Assembly (NCBI GenBank): GCA_012689375.1
Contig: JAAZLO010000028.1
Location: forward strand, 25,665 to 89,664
Length of the DNA stretch: 64,000 nucleotides
DNA from: Bacillota bacterium
GTDB taxonomy: Bacteria > Bacillota > SHA-98 > UBA4971
Reading direction: 5' to 3'
This document shows positions 13,191 to 22,280 of the stretch, piece by piece. Both the position numbers and the translations under genes were made by a program. The notes under the pieces are model-generated. The model made no database searches. It saw only the letters and a list, made by a program, of their open reading frames with translations, and was not told the DNA's origin. Position 1 is the first letter of the stretch. The number at the start of each line of letters is the position of its first letter.

Positions 13191-14348
13191 ATGGAAAACG
13201 TCAAAGATTCACGTCGAACCCCGTTTCGACATGTTCCCATGGCCAAGCCGTACCATAGCCCGAAAATTGAGGATTCCGTTATATCGGTGTTACAGTCGGG
13301 CAGATTGGTACAAGGTCAAAGGGTAGAAGACTTCGAAAATGCACTTGCCCATTATATCGGTTGCAAACATGTAATAGCCGTCAGTAGCGGAACTGCGGCC
13401 TTGCATTTAGCATTTCTAGCCCTCGGAATCGGGCCCGGTGATGAGGTCATCACTACGCCTTTTAGTTTTATGTCATCCGCAGGCGCAATTCTATACTGCG
13501 GCGCCACACCGGTTTTTGTGGACATTGATCCAAAAACATTCAATATCAATCCTGCCCTCATTGAAAAGAGCATAACAAAAAAAACAGTGGGGATTGAACC
13601 TGTCCACTTATATGGACAACCTGCAGATATGGAACACATAGAGGCCATTGCAGAAAAACATGGCCTTTTTATTGTTGAAGATGCCGCCCAAGCCATAGGC
13701 GGAGAGTACAAGCAAAGAAAAATCGGTACTATCGGAGATATTACATGTTTTAGTACATATACGACAAAAAACCTTCAAACAATGGAAGGCGGCTTCCTTA
13801 CGACCCAAGATCATGAAATTGCCGGACGGTTAAGATGTCTTAGAAACATAGGCCAAATGGGTAAGTACAATCATATTTTAACCGGGTATAACTACCGCAT
13901 GACAGAACTTTCAGCTGTTATAGGTACGGAGCAGATAGGGCTCATTGATGAGTTTTCGCATCTGAGGCAAAGAAATGCAATGTACATTACTGAGAAACTA
14001 AGTCTCCTTGGAATAGACGGTATTACATTGCCTTATATTGCCCCTTATTCAAAACATGTGTTTCATCAGTACACTATTACAGTTGATCCGGATAAAACAG
14101 GCTTCTCCAGAAATGCTTTGGCAGAATGCCTCAGGACTTTCGGAGTAGAGACCGGGGTCCATTACCCAGATCCGATTTATTCCCAACCATGTTTCAAAGG
14201 GCAGCTTAATTCCTTTGCTCTCTCCTGCCCCGTGACGGAAAAGGCCTGCAGGGAAGTGCTCTCCCTGCCTGTACATCCCGGTCTTGTGGCAGAGGATCTT
14301 GATCATATGATTTTAGCTTTTAAAACTTCAACGGACAACTTAGTATAA
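13191..14348 (+). CDS. DegT/DnrJ/EryC1/StrS-family PLP-dependent sugar aminotransferase
   Basis: The DegT-type block ...ALAHYIGCKHVIAVSSGTAALHLA... is present. About 370-385 aa. The start could be the downstream Met (MAKPY) at 13239. Confidence 0.75.
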   Translation: MENVKDSRRTPFRHVPMAKPYHSPKIEDSVISVLQSGRLVQGQRVEDFENALAHYIGCKHVIAVSSGTAALHLAFLALGIGPGDEVITTPFSFMSSAGAILYCGATPVFVDIDPKTFNINPALIEKSITKKTVGIEPVHLYGQPADMEHIEAIAEKHGLFIVEDAAQAIGGEYKQRKIGTIGDITCFSTYTTKNLQTMEGGFLTTQDHEIAGRLRCLRNIGQMGKYNHILTGYNYRMTELSAVIGTEQIGLIDEFSHLRQRNAMYITEKLSLLGIDGITLPYIAPYSKHVFHQYTITVDPDKTGFSRNALAECLRTFGVETGVHYPDPIYSQPCFKGQLNSFALSCPVTEKACREVLSLPVHPGLVAEDLDHMILAFKTSTDNLV

Positions 14349-14446
14349 TAAATTTACTTAATCAAAGGCAAGCCCCGTTACAAAAGGTTTTGCCGGCTTT
14401 TCACCGAACATATAAACCTGGGGGAATTATTTAAGGAGGTCGCAGA

Positions 14447-15784
14447 ATGACTAACTCGAAAGCTTCAACGGCAGATAATAGTTTTTTTGAACGTATGTTT
14501 CAGCTTAAAACTAACGGCACAGATGTAAGGACCGAGTTGCTCGCCGGCATTACTACGTTCATGACAATGGCATATATTATAATTGTTAATCCGTCAATAC
14601 TCGGTGTCACAGGGATGGATAAAGGCGCGGTAATGGTGGCGACTATTCTCGGCGGTGTTGTAGGTACACTCCTTATGGCATTTCTCTCTAATTATCCCTT
14701 CGCGTTGGCTCCTGGCATGGGCCTTAATGCTTTTTTTGCATATACAATTGTTATGGGAATGGGAATCAGCTGGAAGGTTGCACTTGCAGCAGTATTTATA
14801 GACGGTGTAATATTCCTCATCCTGTCGCTGCTTCCGGTCAGAAGAAGAATAGTAAATGATATACCGATGACACTCAAACTCGCAGTCAGTGTAGGTATCG
14901 GCCTATTTATAGCATTTATCGGTCTTCAATCGGCAGGGGTAATTGTTGGAGATCCAGCAACTCTCCTGAGTCTGGGAAGTATATCATCACCTAATGTTTT
15001 GCTTTTCGTTGTCGGCCTTGCAATAATGGGAGTCTTAGTCGCCTACAGAGTAAAAGGTTCCCTCCTGCTTGGTATTCTTATTACAACGGCAATTAGTATG
15101 ATTTTCGGGCTGAGCCCTCATCCTACAGGGATTACAGATATCGTAAGCAAACCACCGAGCTTGATTCCTACGTTTATGCAAATGGATTTCCGAGGACTGT
15201 TTGACGTGGGATTAATAGCCGTCATATTTACATTTACGTTTGTTGATATGTTTGATACAGTCGGAACGCTTATCGGTGTATCGGCAAAGGCAGGATTCCT
15301 CGATAAAAAGGGAGAGTTGCCAAAGGCAGATCAGGCATTGCTTGCAGATGCCCTAGGTACAATTGCAGGGGCTGTGTTTGGGACAAGCACAGTAACTACA
15401 TATGTTGAAAGTGCATCCGGTGTTGCAGACGGGGGCAGAACAGGGTTAACAGGAGTAACTGTTGCGGTTTTATTTCTGCTGTCACTTTTCTTCGCACCTT
15501 TGGTTGAACTTATTCCCGGGGCTGCTACAGCGCCTGCCCTTGTTATCGTAGGAATATATATGATGGAACCGGTAGTTAAGATTGATTTCAGCGATTTTAC
15601 AGAAGCAATCCCCGCATTTTTAACTATTGCAATGATGCCTTTTGCATACAGCATAGCAGAAGGACTTGTTTGGGGAATTCTCGGATATGTTATTATTAAG
15701 TTTTTCGCACGGCGTACCAAGGAAATCAGTGTAACCATGTGGGTACTGGCAATCCTGTTTATCATTAGGTTTATCGCTTCATAA
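14447..15784 (+). CDS. pbuG: NCS2/AzgA-family purine (hypoxanthine/guanine/adenine) permease
   Basis: The N-terminal motif FFERMFQLKTNGTDVRTELLAGITTFMTMAYIIIVNP is characteristic of the AzgA/PbuG family. About 13 transmembrane helices. The ribosome binding site AAGGAGG is present. Confidence 0.8.
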   Translation: MTNSKASTADNSFFERMFQLKTNGTDVRTELLAGITTFMTMAYIIIVNPSILGVTGMDKGAVMVATILGGVVGTLLMAFLSNYPFALAPGMGLNAFFAYTIVMGMGISWKVALAAVFIDGVIFLILSLLPVRRRIVNDIPMTLKLAVSVGIGLFIAFIGLQSAGVIVGDPATLLSLGSISSPNVLLFVVGLAIMGVLVAYRVKGSLLLGILITTAISMIFGLSPHPTGITDIVSKPPSLIPTFMQMDFRGLFDVGLIAVIFTFTFVDMFDTVGTLIGVSAKAGFLDKKGELPKADQALLADALGTIAGAVFGTSTVTTYVESASGVADGGRTGLTGVTVAVLFLLSLFFAPLVELIPGAATAPALVIVGIYMMEPVVKIDFSDFTEAIPAFLTIAMMPFAYSIAEGLVWGILGYVIIKFFARRTKEISVTMWVLAILFIIRFIAS

Positions 15785-15824
15785 AAACAAATGAACCGAA
15801 GACTCGGATAACAAAGCCCACTAT

Positions 15825-15867
15825 GTACAGCCCTTTCCTTCTACAGGTAGGGGCTGTATTTTATTCC
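15825..15867. terminator. Bidirectional intrinsic terminator between convergent pbuG and guaA
   Basis: An 8-9 bp GC-rich stem (GTACAGCCC / GGGCTGTAT), then TTTTATT on the plus strand. The T-run overlaps the guaA stop codon. Confidence 0.45.
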
Positions 15868-17162
15868 CATTCAATAGTGCCCGGCGGCTTTGAAGTTATA
15901 TCATAAACCACACGATTTACACCTTGGACCTCATAGGTGATACGGGAGGATATCTTTTCAAGTACAGAGTGGGGTAATTCAGCCCAATTACATGTCATTC
16001 CGTCAGAGCTATTAACTGCACGGATTACAATGGGTCTCTCATAGGTGCGCATACCGGAGGTTACTCCTACACTTCTGACATTAAGTAATACTGCAAAGGC
16101 TTGCCATAATTCATTATAGAGACCGGCATTCCCAATTTCCTCTTCAACAATAGCATTGGCTTCTCTTACAATATCAAGGCTTTCTTGGTTTACCTCACCC
16201 ACAATTCTGACACCAAGGCCCGGACCAGGGAAAGGATGCCTTTTCAAGACATGGCCGGGAATACCGAGCTTTTCACCGACTTCCCGTACTTCATCCTTAA
16301 ATAAGTACCGCAGCGGCTCTATAAGTTTAAATCGGATATTGTCAGGCAGTCCCCCGACATTATGATGAGACTTAACCCTAGTTTCCCCTATACCAGTGCC
16401 GGATGTGCTTTCCAACACATCAGAATAAAGAGTACCCTGTACAAGGAAATCTGTATTTCCCTCTAATTTAATAACCTCATCTTCAAAAACCTTAATGAAT
16501 TCACTGCCTATCCGCTTCCGCTTTTCTTCAGGATCCGTAACCCCTTTCAGAGTCTGGAGGAATCTGGCTTTTGCATCTACTATCCGGAGGTTCATTTTGA
16601 AGCCTTCCCCGAATATAAGCTTTACATCACTTGCTTCATTCTTACGCAAAAGACCTGTATCCACAAAGATACAGGTTAGTCTGTTACCAATAACTTTTTG
16701 TACCAGGACTGATGCAACAGATGAATCAACGCCTCCGGATAACCCGCAAATCGCCCGGTTGTTACCAATCTCGGATTTAATTTCCCTGAGTGAACGGGCA
16801 ATAAAATTTTCTGTAGTCCAATTCCCCGGGAAACCACATGTATCAAAAAGAAAATGTGAAAGCTCCTTATCCCCCTCACATGATCCCATTATGTAGTTTG
16901 GGTATGTAAAATCAGGAAGTCCACAGTTTACCCCTGCCACAGGGATACCAAGATCGAAGATCTCCCTGTCAAATACATCTGAAACATTGGAAGACACCTT
17001 AGGATCCGGATAGCCCGATAAAATAATTCCCTTGGGCTTTAAAGCTTCTAATTCTTCCTTACGAATACTGTAGGGAACAATTTGGGAATATACATGGAGC
17101 CCTCGGGCCTTTCGGGCAAGGGCCATACTGATCTGTAAATCAAAACTGACAATTAACAGCAT
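15861..17162 (-). CDS. guaA: GMP synthase, with a conserved ATP-pyrophosphatase/dimerisation part but a degenerate, internally deleted glutamine amidotransferase domain
   Basis: PP-loop SGGVDSSV. The C-terminus is near-identical in pattern to bacterial GuaA, ending ...KPPGTIEWE. The N-terminal amidotransferase region aligns only in part (LARKARGLHVYSQIVP, GIILSG). About 75 aa are missing between the GxCxG region and the FxFxxCxxEGxW linker, including the HPE catalytic block. Confidence 0.8.
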   Translation of the reverse strand: MLLIVSFDLQISMALARKARGLHVYSQIVPYSIRKEELEALKPKGIILSGYPDPKVSSNVSDVFDREIFDLGIPVAGVNCGLPDFTYPNYIMGSCEGDKELSHFLFDTCGFPGNWTTENFIARSLREIKSEIGNNRAICGLSGGVDSSVASVLVQKVIGNRLTCIFVDTGLLRKNEASDVKLIFGEGFKMNLRIVDAKARFLQTLKGVTDPEEKRKRIGSEFIKVFEDEVIKLEGNTDFLVQGTLYSDVLESTSGTGIGETRVKSHHNVGGLPDNIRFKLIEPLRYLFKDEVREVGEKLGIPGHVLKRHPFPGPGLGVRIVGEVNQESLDIVREANAIVEEEIGNAGLYNELWQAFAVLLNVRSVGVTSGMRTYERPIVIRAVNSSDGMTCNWAELPHSVLEKISSRITYEVQGVNRVVYDITSKPPGTIEWE

Positions 17163-17698
17163 TTGTTGTATACTTCCTCTTTCAAAACCCCCACCTCAGG
17201 CAGGTTCCTATAGTATTCAGCATAATCAAGACCGTAACCTACTACAAATTTATCAGCTATTGAAAACCCGCAATAATCAGGTTTAAATTCTACCTTTCTC
17301 CTTGAAGGCTTATCAAGGAGTGTGCAAACTTTAATGGATAAAGGTTTTCTCGCTTCAAGGTTACGAACTAAATAATGCATAGTCAAACCTGTATCAACAA
17401 TATCTTCGACAATCAAAACATGCCTGCCTTCTATAGGTTGATCCAGGTCTTTGAGTATCCTGACGACACCTGAGGTATCAGTGGAAACCCCGTAACTTGA
17501 TACAACCGCAAAATCCATGAGGACCGGTATTTTTATGTATCTGATAAGATCAGCCATAAACATAAGTGCACCTTTTAGGATACCTACAACAACAAGATCA
17601 CAATCCTTATAATCATCAGTGATCCTAGCACCAAGCTCTTTCACTTTCTCCCCGATTTCTTCTTTGGTTAAAAGTATTTGTTCGAGATCGTTTACCAC
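17153..17698 (-). CDS. hpt: Hypoxanthine-guanine phosphoribosyltransferase
   Basis: PRPP-binding motif HVLIVEDIVDTGLTM. Length and order are typical of Hpt. GTG start with an AGGGGG ribosome binding site. It overlaps the guaA start by 10 nt. Confidence 0.85.
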   Translation of the reverse strand: MVNDLEQILLTKEEIGEKVKELGARITDDYKDCDLVVVGILKGALMFMADLIRYIKIPVLMDFAVVSSYGVSTDTSGVVRILKDLDQPIEGRHVLIVEDIVDTGLTMHYLVRNLEARKPLSIKVCTLLDKPSRRKVEFKPDYCGFSIADKFVVGYGLDYAEYYRNLPEVGVLKEEVYNKCC

Positions 17699-17769
17699 GT
17701 CGTCCTAGCCCCCTGTAAACCTCAAAATATACTCCCGAACCATGATTTTAGGATATAAAGAACATATTC

Positions 17770-17798
17770 ATTATACGTTGGGTTATTCATTAAGACAA
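17770..17798 (-). promoter_or_regulatory. Candidate sigma-A promoter for hpt-guaA
   Basis: On the minus strand, TTGTCT, a 17-nt spacer, then TATAAT, about 70 nt upstream of the hpt GTG start. Confidence 0.35.
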
Positions 17799-17818
17799 GC
17801 GTGATGCTTTAATCCGGG

Positions 17819-18742
17819 CTATTGGTACTCCCAACCCCGGATTATTTCCACTGCATGAGGAAGCGCATGTAAGATTGAATCAAGGCCTTCTTTAACTGCC
17901 TTCGGGTTTCCCGGCAAATTAATAATAAGAGTCCCCCCTCTTAACCCTGCTGTTGCCCGGCTAAGCATTGCATGGGGAGTTTTCCCAAGGCCTGATTGGA
18001 GCATTGCATGGGGAATTCCGGGAACTAATTTCTCTGACACTTCAATTGTGGCCTCCGGAGTAACGTCACGCGGACCTAAACCTGTCCCGCCCGTAGTAAG
18101 TATAAGATCCACATCAACAATATCCGCCATACGCTTAAGTTCATTTACAATCTTATCGTAATCATCAGGGATAAGTTCCCTGTCTGTTACTCTCCCTATA
18201 GATTTTATCGCATCCTCTATGACATCACCGCTTGTATCAACCCTTTCACCGCTGTACCCCCTGTCGCTTATCACAAGGATACCACAACGTACAGGAAAGC
18301 CTACCCTGATTATATCGCCTTGCTTTACTTCTCCGCCTCTGATTACTTTCGTAAAAATGCCCTCTTTCGGCATGATACATTTCCCGACTTGTTTCAATAT
18401 GGCACACCCGGAATGACATTCCTTCCCAATCTGGGTTACTTCAAGAATTACTTTTTCACCTATTCTCAACCAGACCCCTATAGGTAATTTAGGTAAATCA
18501 ATCCCGCGGACTGTTATGTTTTCGGCAAAAATTCCGGGGAATGCATCAAGACCGATATCAACCATTTTTTGTATGCTTCCCTCAGACAAAAGACTTATTT
18601 GCCTGTGCCAGGGACCCCCGTGGGCATCATTCTCCAATCCGTATCCATCGATAACTTTTGCCTTGCCTACGTCATGCTTAACTGTACCCTTTTCCCGGCT
18701 GATGCAAACTGCAGTAACTATTCCTTCGATTATGTGCCCCAT
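17819..18742 (-). CDS. MOSC-domain protein fused to MogA/MoaB-type molybdopterin adenylyltransferase
   Basis: The N-terminal ~145 aa carry the MOSC pattern (KVIDGYGLENDAHGG...RQISLL...ENITVRGIDL). The C-terminal ~160 aa are MogA/MoaB-like (GILVISDRG...LILTTGGTGLGPRDVTPEA...INLPGNP). Confidence 0.7.
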   Translation of the reverse strand: MGHIIEGIVTAVCISREKGTVKHDVGKAKVIDGYGLENDAHGGPWHRQISLLSEGSIQKMVDIGLDAFPGIFAENITVRGIDLPKLPIGVWLRIGEKVILEVTQIGKECHSGCAILKQVGKCIMPKEGIFTKVIRGGEVKQGDIIRVGFPVRCGILVISDRGYSGERVDTSGDVIEDAIKSIGRVTDRELIPDDYDKIVNELKRMADIVDVDLILTTGGTGLGPRDVTPEATIEVSEKLVPGIPHAMLQSGLGKTPHAMLSRATAGLRGGTLIINLPGNPKAVKEGLDSILHALPHAVEIIRGWEYQ

Positions 18743-18745
18743 ATT

Positions 18746-19249
18746 TTATTCCTCCCCAGGCCGAATAAATTCCCCGGTTTTTCCCCCGGACTTCCGTACC
18801 AACCTCAAATCACTGACTGTCATAGATCTGTCTACTGCTTTACACATATCATATACAGTGAGGGCAGCAACTCCTGCGCCCAGGAGAGCTTCCATTTCTG
18901 CACCGGTTTTTCCCACTGATTCAACGGTAACCCGAACCTCAATAATACCGTTTTCATCATCTGATTCAAATGATACATCTATACCTGTAACCTCAATGGA
19001 ATGACACAACGGAATAAGATCCGGGGTTTTTTTACAAGCCATAATTGCAGCAATTCTGGCTGTCCCAAAAACCTCACCTTTAGGGCCGGTACCGCTTTTA
19101 ATCATATTAAGGGTGGATTCAGACATAATAATTTTACACTTAGCCGTCGCCACACGCTGGGTATCCGCTTTAGAAGAAATACTTACCATTCTTGCAAAGC
19201 CTTCTTCATCAAGATGTGTAAGGACTCTTTCCGGCTTATTCAGTTCCAT
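18746..19249 (-). CDS. moaC: Cyclic pyranopterin monophosphate synthase MoaC
   Basis: 167 aa with conserved MoaC blocks (KADTQRVATA..., DLIPLCH, GVEMEAL-like). Confidence 0.9.
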   Translation of the reverse strand: MELNKPERVLTHLDEEGFARMVSISSKADTQRVATAKCKIIMSESTLNMIKSGTGPKGEVFGTARIAAIMACKKTPDLIPLCHSIEVTGIDVSFESDDENGIIEVRVTVESVGKTGAEMEALLGAGVAALTVYDMCKAVDRSMTVSDLRLVRKSGGKTGEFIRPGEE

Positions 19250-19296
19250 ACTTTACGCCTCTCTTATGCATAATTAGCTACCCTTAACCTTATTTC

Positions 19297-20325
19297 TCAG
19301 CCGCCGATTTTTGAAAGAGAAGGGTTTCCCCCGGAGCATGCCACTTCAACCTGGGCTATCTCACCGTTTTCAGGCTTTAGACTTACAGCCTTACGTATCA
19401 ACCCTGCGATAAATCCATCATCAGCCCCATCACGAAGGGGAGTCCTAAGATCAACGGATATATTAGAAAGTAAGCAAGGCAAAAGAAGGCCGTCAGCAGT
19501 CAGGCGAATCCGATTACAATTGGAACATATATGATCTCTCAAGGATATGAAGCCGATGCTTCCCTTAAATTCCGGAAACTTTATATAATTCGCAGGGCCT
19601 TTCCCTGCCTGATCCCTTTGATTATTTTCCCCGGCATTAGGATTAATAACGTATGCACCACGGGCTATCATTTCATTTCTTATCTCGCTTATAGGCATCA
19701 CATATCCGGCACCGAATTTCCACCCGTTATTCCAAAAGGGCATAAATTCAATGAACCGCACGATCCAGGGATGATCCTTCGTAAGCATCGCTAAATCCCG
19801 AATTTCATCATGGTTTACACCTTTCATTACTACCGTGTTAATTTTAATGGGAGAAAGTCCCGCACCTTCAGCTGCCTCCAACCCGGCAAGGACAGATTCA
19901 AGCTTTCCATGCCTGGTAATCCTCTTAAATCTTTCAGGCTTTAGAGTATCTAATGAAACATTTACCCGGTTAAGGCCCGCCTGGGATAATCTTGTGGCGA
20001 ACTTAGATAAAAGAACGCCGTTTGTACTCATGGATAAATCGCAAATACCGGGGATTTCAGATAAAAGAGAAACTAATGCCAAAATCCCCTGTCTTACAAG
20101 AGTTTCGCCTCCGGTAAGTCTGACACGGGTTATTCCAAGTCCGGATGCTATATTCACAATTCTTGCTAGTTCCTCAATGCGAAGGATATCAGAATGAGAT
20201 TTTAGTTTAACCCCTTCTTCAGGCATACAATAAATACATCTTAGATTACACCTATCTGTAACCGATACCCTAAGATATGTGATTTCCCGCCCAAACGGAT
20301 CTATAAGTTTAGTCATCCTTCCCAC
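19297..20325 (-). CDS. moaA: GTP 3',8-cyclase MoaA (radical SAM)
   Basis: The N-terminus reads YLRVSVTDRCNLRCIYCMPEEG (a CxxxCxxC radical-SAM cluster) and there is a C-terminal second cluster region. 342 aa. Confidence 0.9.
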   Translation of the reverse strand: MGRMTKLIDPFGREITYLRVSVTDRCNLRCIYCMPEEGVKLKSHSDILRIEELARIVNIASGLGITRVRLTGGETLVRQGILALVSLLSEIPGICDLSMSTNGVLLSKFATRLSQAGLNRVNVSLDTLKPERFKRITRHGKLESVLAGLEAAEGAGLSPIKINTVVMKGVNHDEIRDLAMLTKDHPWIVRFIEFMPFWNNGWKFGAGYVMPISEIRNEMIARGAYVINPNAGENNQRDQAGKGPANYIKFPEFKGSIGFISLRDHICSNCNRIRLTADGLLLPCLLSNISVDLRTPLRDGADDGFIAGLIRKAVSLKPENGEIAQVEVACSGGNPSLSKIGG

Positions 20326-22247
20326 ATTACCTCCCCACTGGAAGACACATCATACCCGCCAAGGGATGATACCTGATCTTTAAATTTTTCAGAGGACATG
20401 ATTTCCAGAAGCTTGTCCATGGATGACGAAGATAAAAACTCCTTAATAACAAGTAAATCATAACGCTCCCAAGCAACAGGGACAAAGTCCAAACCTAAAG
20501 CATTAGCCGCGGATTTTATACCGAGACCCACATCAGCCACGTTGTTTGCAACCGATGCAGCAACACCCATGTGAGTATATTCCTCATGCCCGTACCCGGG
20601 AATCTCATCTTGATCTATACCAAGTTTTTTAAGCTCAAGATCCAGAAGAATTCTTGTACCTGCCCCACGCTGCCTGTTTACAAAGGATATATCCAGGTTC
20701 GCAAGATTCGGGATTCCCTGGATATTCTTTGGGTTCCCCGGTTGAACAATCAATCCTTGTTCACGGGAAACAAGATTCACAAGGGCAAAGTTTTTTGGAT
20801 CAAGATACCGCTTTATATAAGGTACATTGTACTCCCCTGTCTCTTCGTCTAAGAGATGAACCCCTGCTATATGGGCTTCTCCTCTCCGCATTGCCATTAT
20901 ACCACCCATACTGCCTACATGTGTAGAAGATAAACTGATGCCAGGATATTCGGCTGCTAAAAAACTTCCCAGGATATCCAAAGCTAAATCATGGCTGCCG
21001 ATAGCAACAATTGCATTGTCTATCTCACTGAGATCCCTCAGTAGGTTTACAATAACCTCTGATGATTCGGGGATTCCCTGAGATGAACCGGGGATCTCCA
21101 CATAACCATCTGCCCTCACGAGAGACATTACGGCACCTGCTCCCCTAGCAAGGGGGGAAGCCACGTACCTGTCCCTAACCTTACCTACTTTAACCCTTAT
21201 AAATTCATCTACCCCGGGTGTGGAAACAATCCTTCGGGCGGAGACTGCCTTAACAATCGGCCTTTGTCTAGTTCTTTGTCCTAACAGCTTTGCTAAAAGA
21301 GGAAGGAGAAAAAGCCCACAGGACAAGGCTGCAGAAACCGGGTACCCCGGGATCCCGAGAAAAGGTTTATCGTTTATAATTCCTAAAATTGTAGGTTTCC
21401 CGGGTTTAATTGCAACTCCATGAATAATAAGCTCACCAATGGATTTTACAACATCTGATGTATAGTCTTCCCTGCCTGCAGATGAACCTGCATTTACCAC
21501 AATAATATCACCCATGGAGGAGGCCTTGTTGATAGATTCAGCCAAAGCTTCAGGTTCATCAGGGACAATATCTAAAAACACAGGCTCCCCTCCCCATTCT
21601 TTGACAAAACCTCCGATGATTCTCGAATTAAATTCAGTTATATCCCCGGTTTTAGGCGTAACTCCCGGAGAAATAAGTTCATCACCTGTAGGGATTATTA
21701 CAACTTTCGGCTTCCTGCGGACTACCACCTGGGTTATACCAGCAGCTAGCAATGCCCCTAAATCCACTGCGCGGATCCTATGATTTTCAGGGAGGACAAG
21801 CTCAGTCCTGACAATATCTTCTCCTACAGTCCGAACGTGTTGCCATGGTGTTGAAGGAGCAATTATCACAACTTCGTCTGCGGTAATCTCCACTAAATCT
21901 TCCATCATAATAACTGAATCAAAAGCCTTAGGAAGCGGATCCCCCGTATCTACAAATACCGCTTCTTCCCCTAACCTGAGTTTTAAAGGTTTAGTTTCAC
22001 TTGCACCAAAAGTCAGACGTGAGCGTGTTGCAATCCCATCCATGGCACATGAGTGATAGGCAGGTTGTGATAACCCGGCAAAGACAGGCTCGCCGGTCAC
22101 CCTAAAAAGAGCTCCCACGTCCACAGGGACAGTTTCACTTTCTATGCGGGAATCTAACCCACGCTTTTCCAACTGCCTAAAAAACTTGTCTTTTGCCTCT
22201 TGAAGCGGTGTTCCAATTAAATAGACGTCTTGCTTCTTCAATTTCAA
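20313..22247 (-). CDS. moeA: Molybdopterin molybdenum/tungsten-transferase MoeA fused to a C-terminal periplasmic-binding-protein-like (oxyanion-binding) domain
   Basis: The N-terminal ~400 aa are MoeA (SCAMDGIA, GDELISPG, GIPGYPVSA). The C-terminal ~230 aa form a PBP-like domain (IGSHDLALD...VGSMGGIMAMRRGEAHIAG...VNRQRGAGTR). It overlaps the moaA start by 13 nt. Confidence 0.75.
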   Translation of the reverse strand: MKLKKQDVYLIGTPLQEAKDKFFRQLEKRGLDSRIESETVPVDVGALFRVTGEPVFAGLSQPAYHSCAMDGIATRSRLTFGASETKPLKLRLGEEAVFVDTGDPLPKAFDSVIMMEDLVEITADEVVIIAPSTPWQHVRTVGEDIVRTELVLPENHRIRAVDLGALLAAGITQVVVRRKPKVVIIPTGDELISPGVTPKTGDITEFNSRIIGGFVKEWGGEPVFLDIVPDEPEALAESINKASSMGDIIVVNAGSSAGREDYTSDVVKSIGELIIHGVAIKPGKPTILGIINDKPFLGIPGYPVSAALSCGLFLLPLLAKLLGQRTRQRPIVKAVSARRIVSTPGVDEFIRVKVGKVRDRYVASPLARGAGAVMSLVRADGYVEIPGSSQGIPESSEVIVNLLRDLSEIDNAIVAIGSHDLALDILGSFLAAEYPGISLSSTHVGSMGGIMAMRRGEAHIAGVHLLDEETGEYNVPYIKRYLDPKNFALVNLVSREQGLIVQPGNPKNIQGIPNLANLDISFVNRQRGAGTRILLDLELKKLGIDQDEIPGYGHEEYTHMGVAASVANNVADVGLGIKSAANALGLDFVPVAWERYDLLVIKEFLSSSSMDKLLEIMSSEKFKDQVSSLGGYDVSSSGEVMWEG

Positions 22248-22280
22248 AACCTCTCATTTCCGGAGCCCGGGATTATAACA

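Noticed and set aside
13090-13326. 78-aa ORF overlapping the DegT start
   Set aside because: It is out of frame with DegT, lacks a ribosome binding site and is Cys/Phe/Pro-rich. It is a typical spurious overlapping ORF.
14349-14446. Possible purine riboswitch or PurBox upstream of pbuG
   Set aside because: The leader lacks the conserved purine-aptamer elements (UAUA...UUUCUACC...CCGUAAAU...GACUAUA). Only a lone CCGAAC (14404-14409) resembles half a B. subtilis PurBox, and there is no inverted partner. A weak hairpin at 14367-14394 (GGCAA...TTGCC) could be a terminator for the DegT gene, but it is not convincing.
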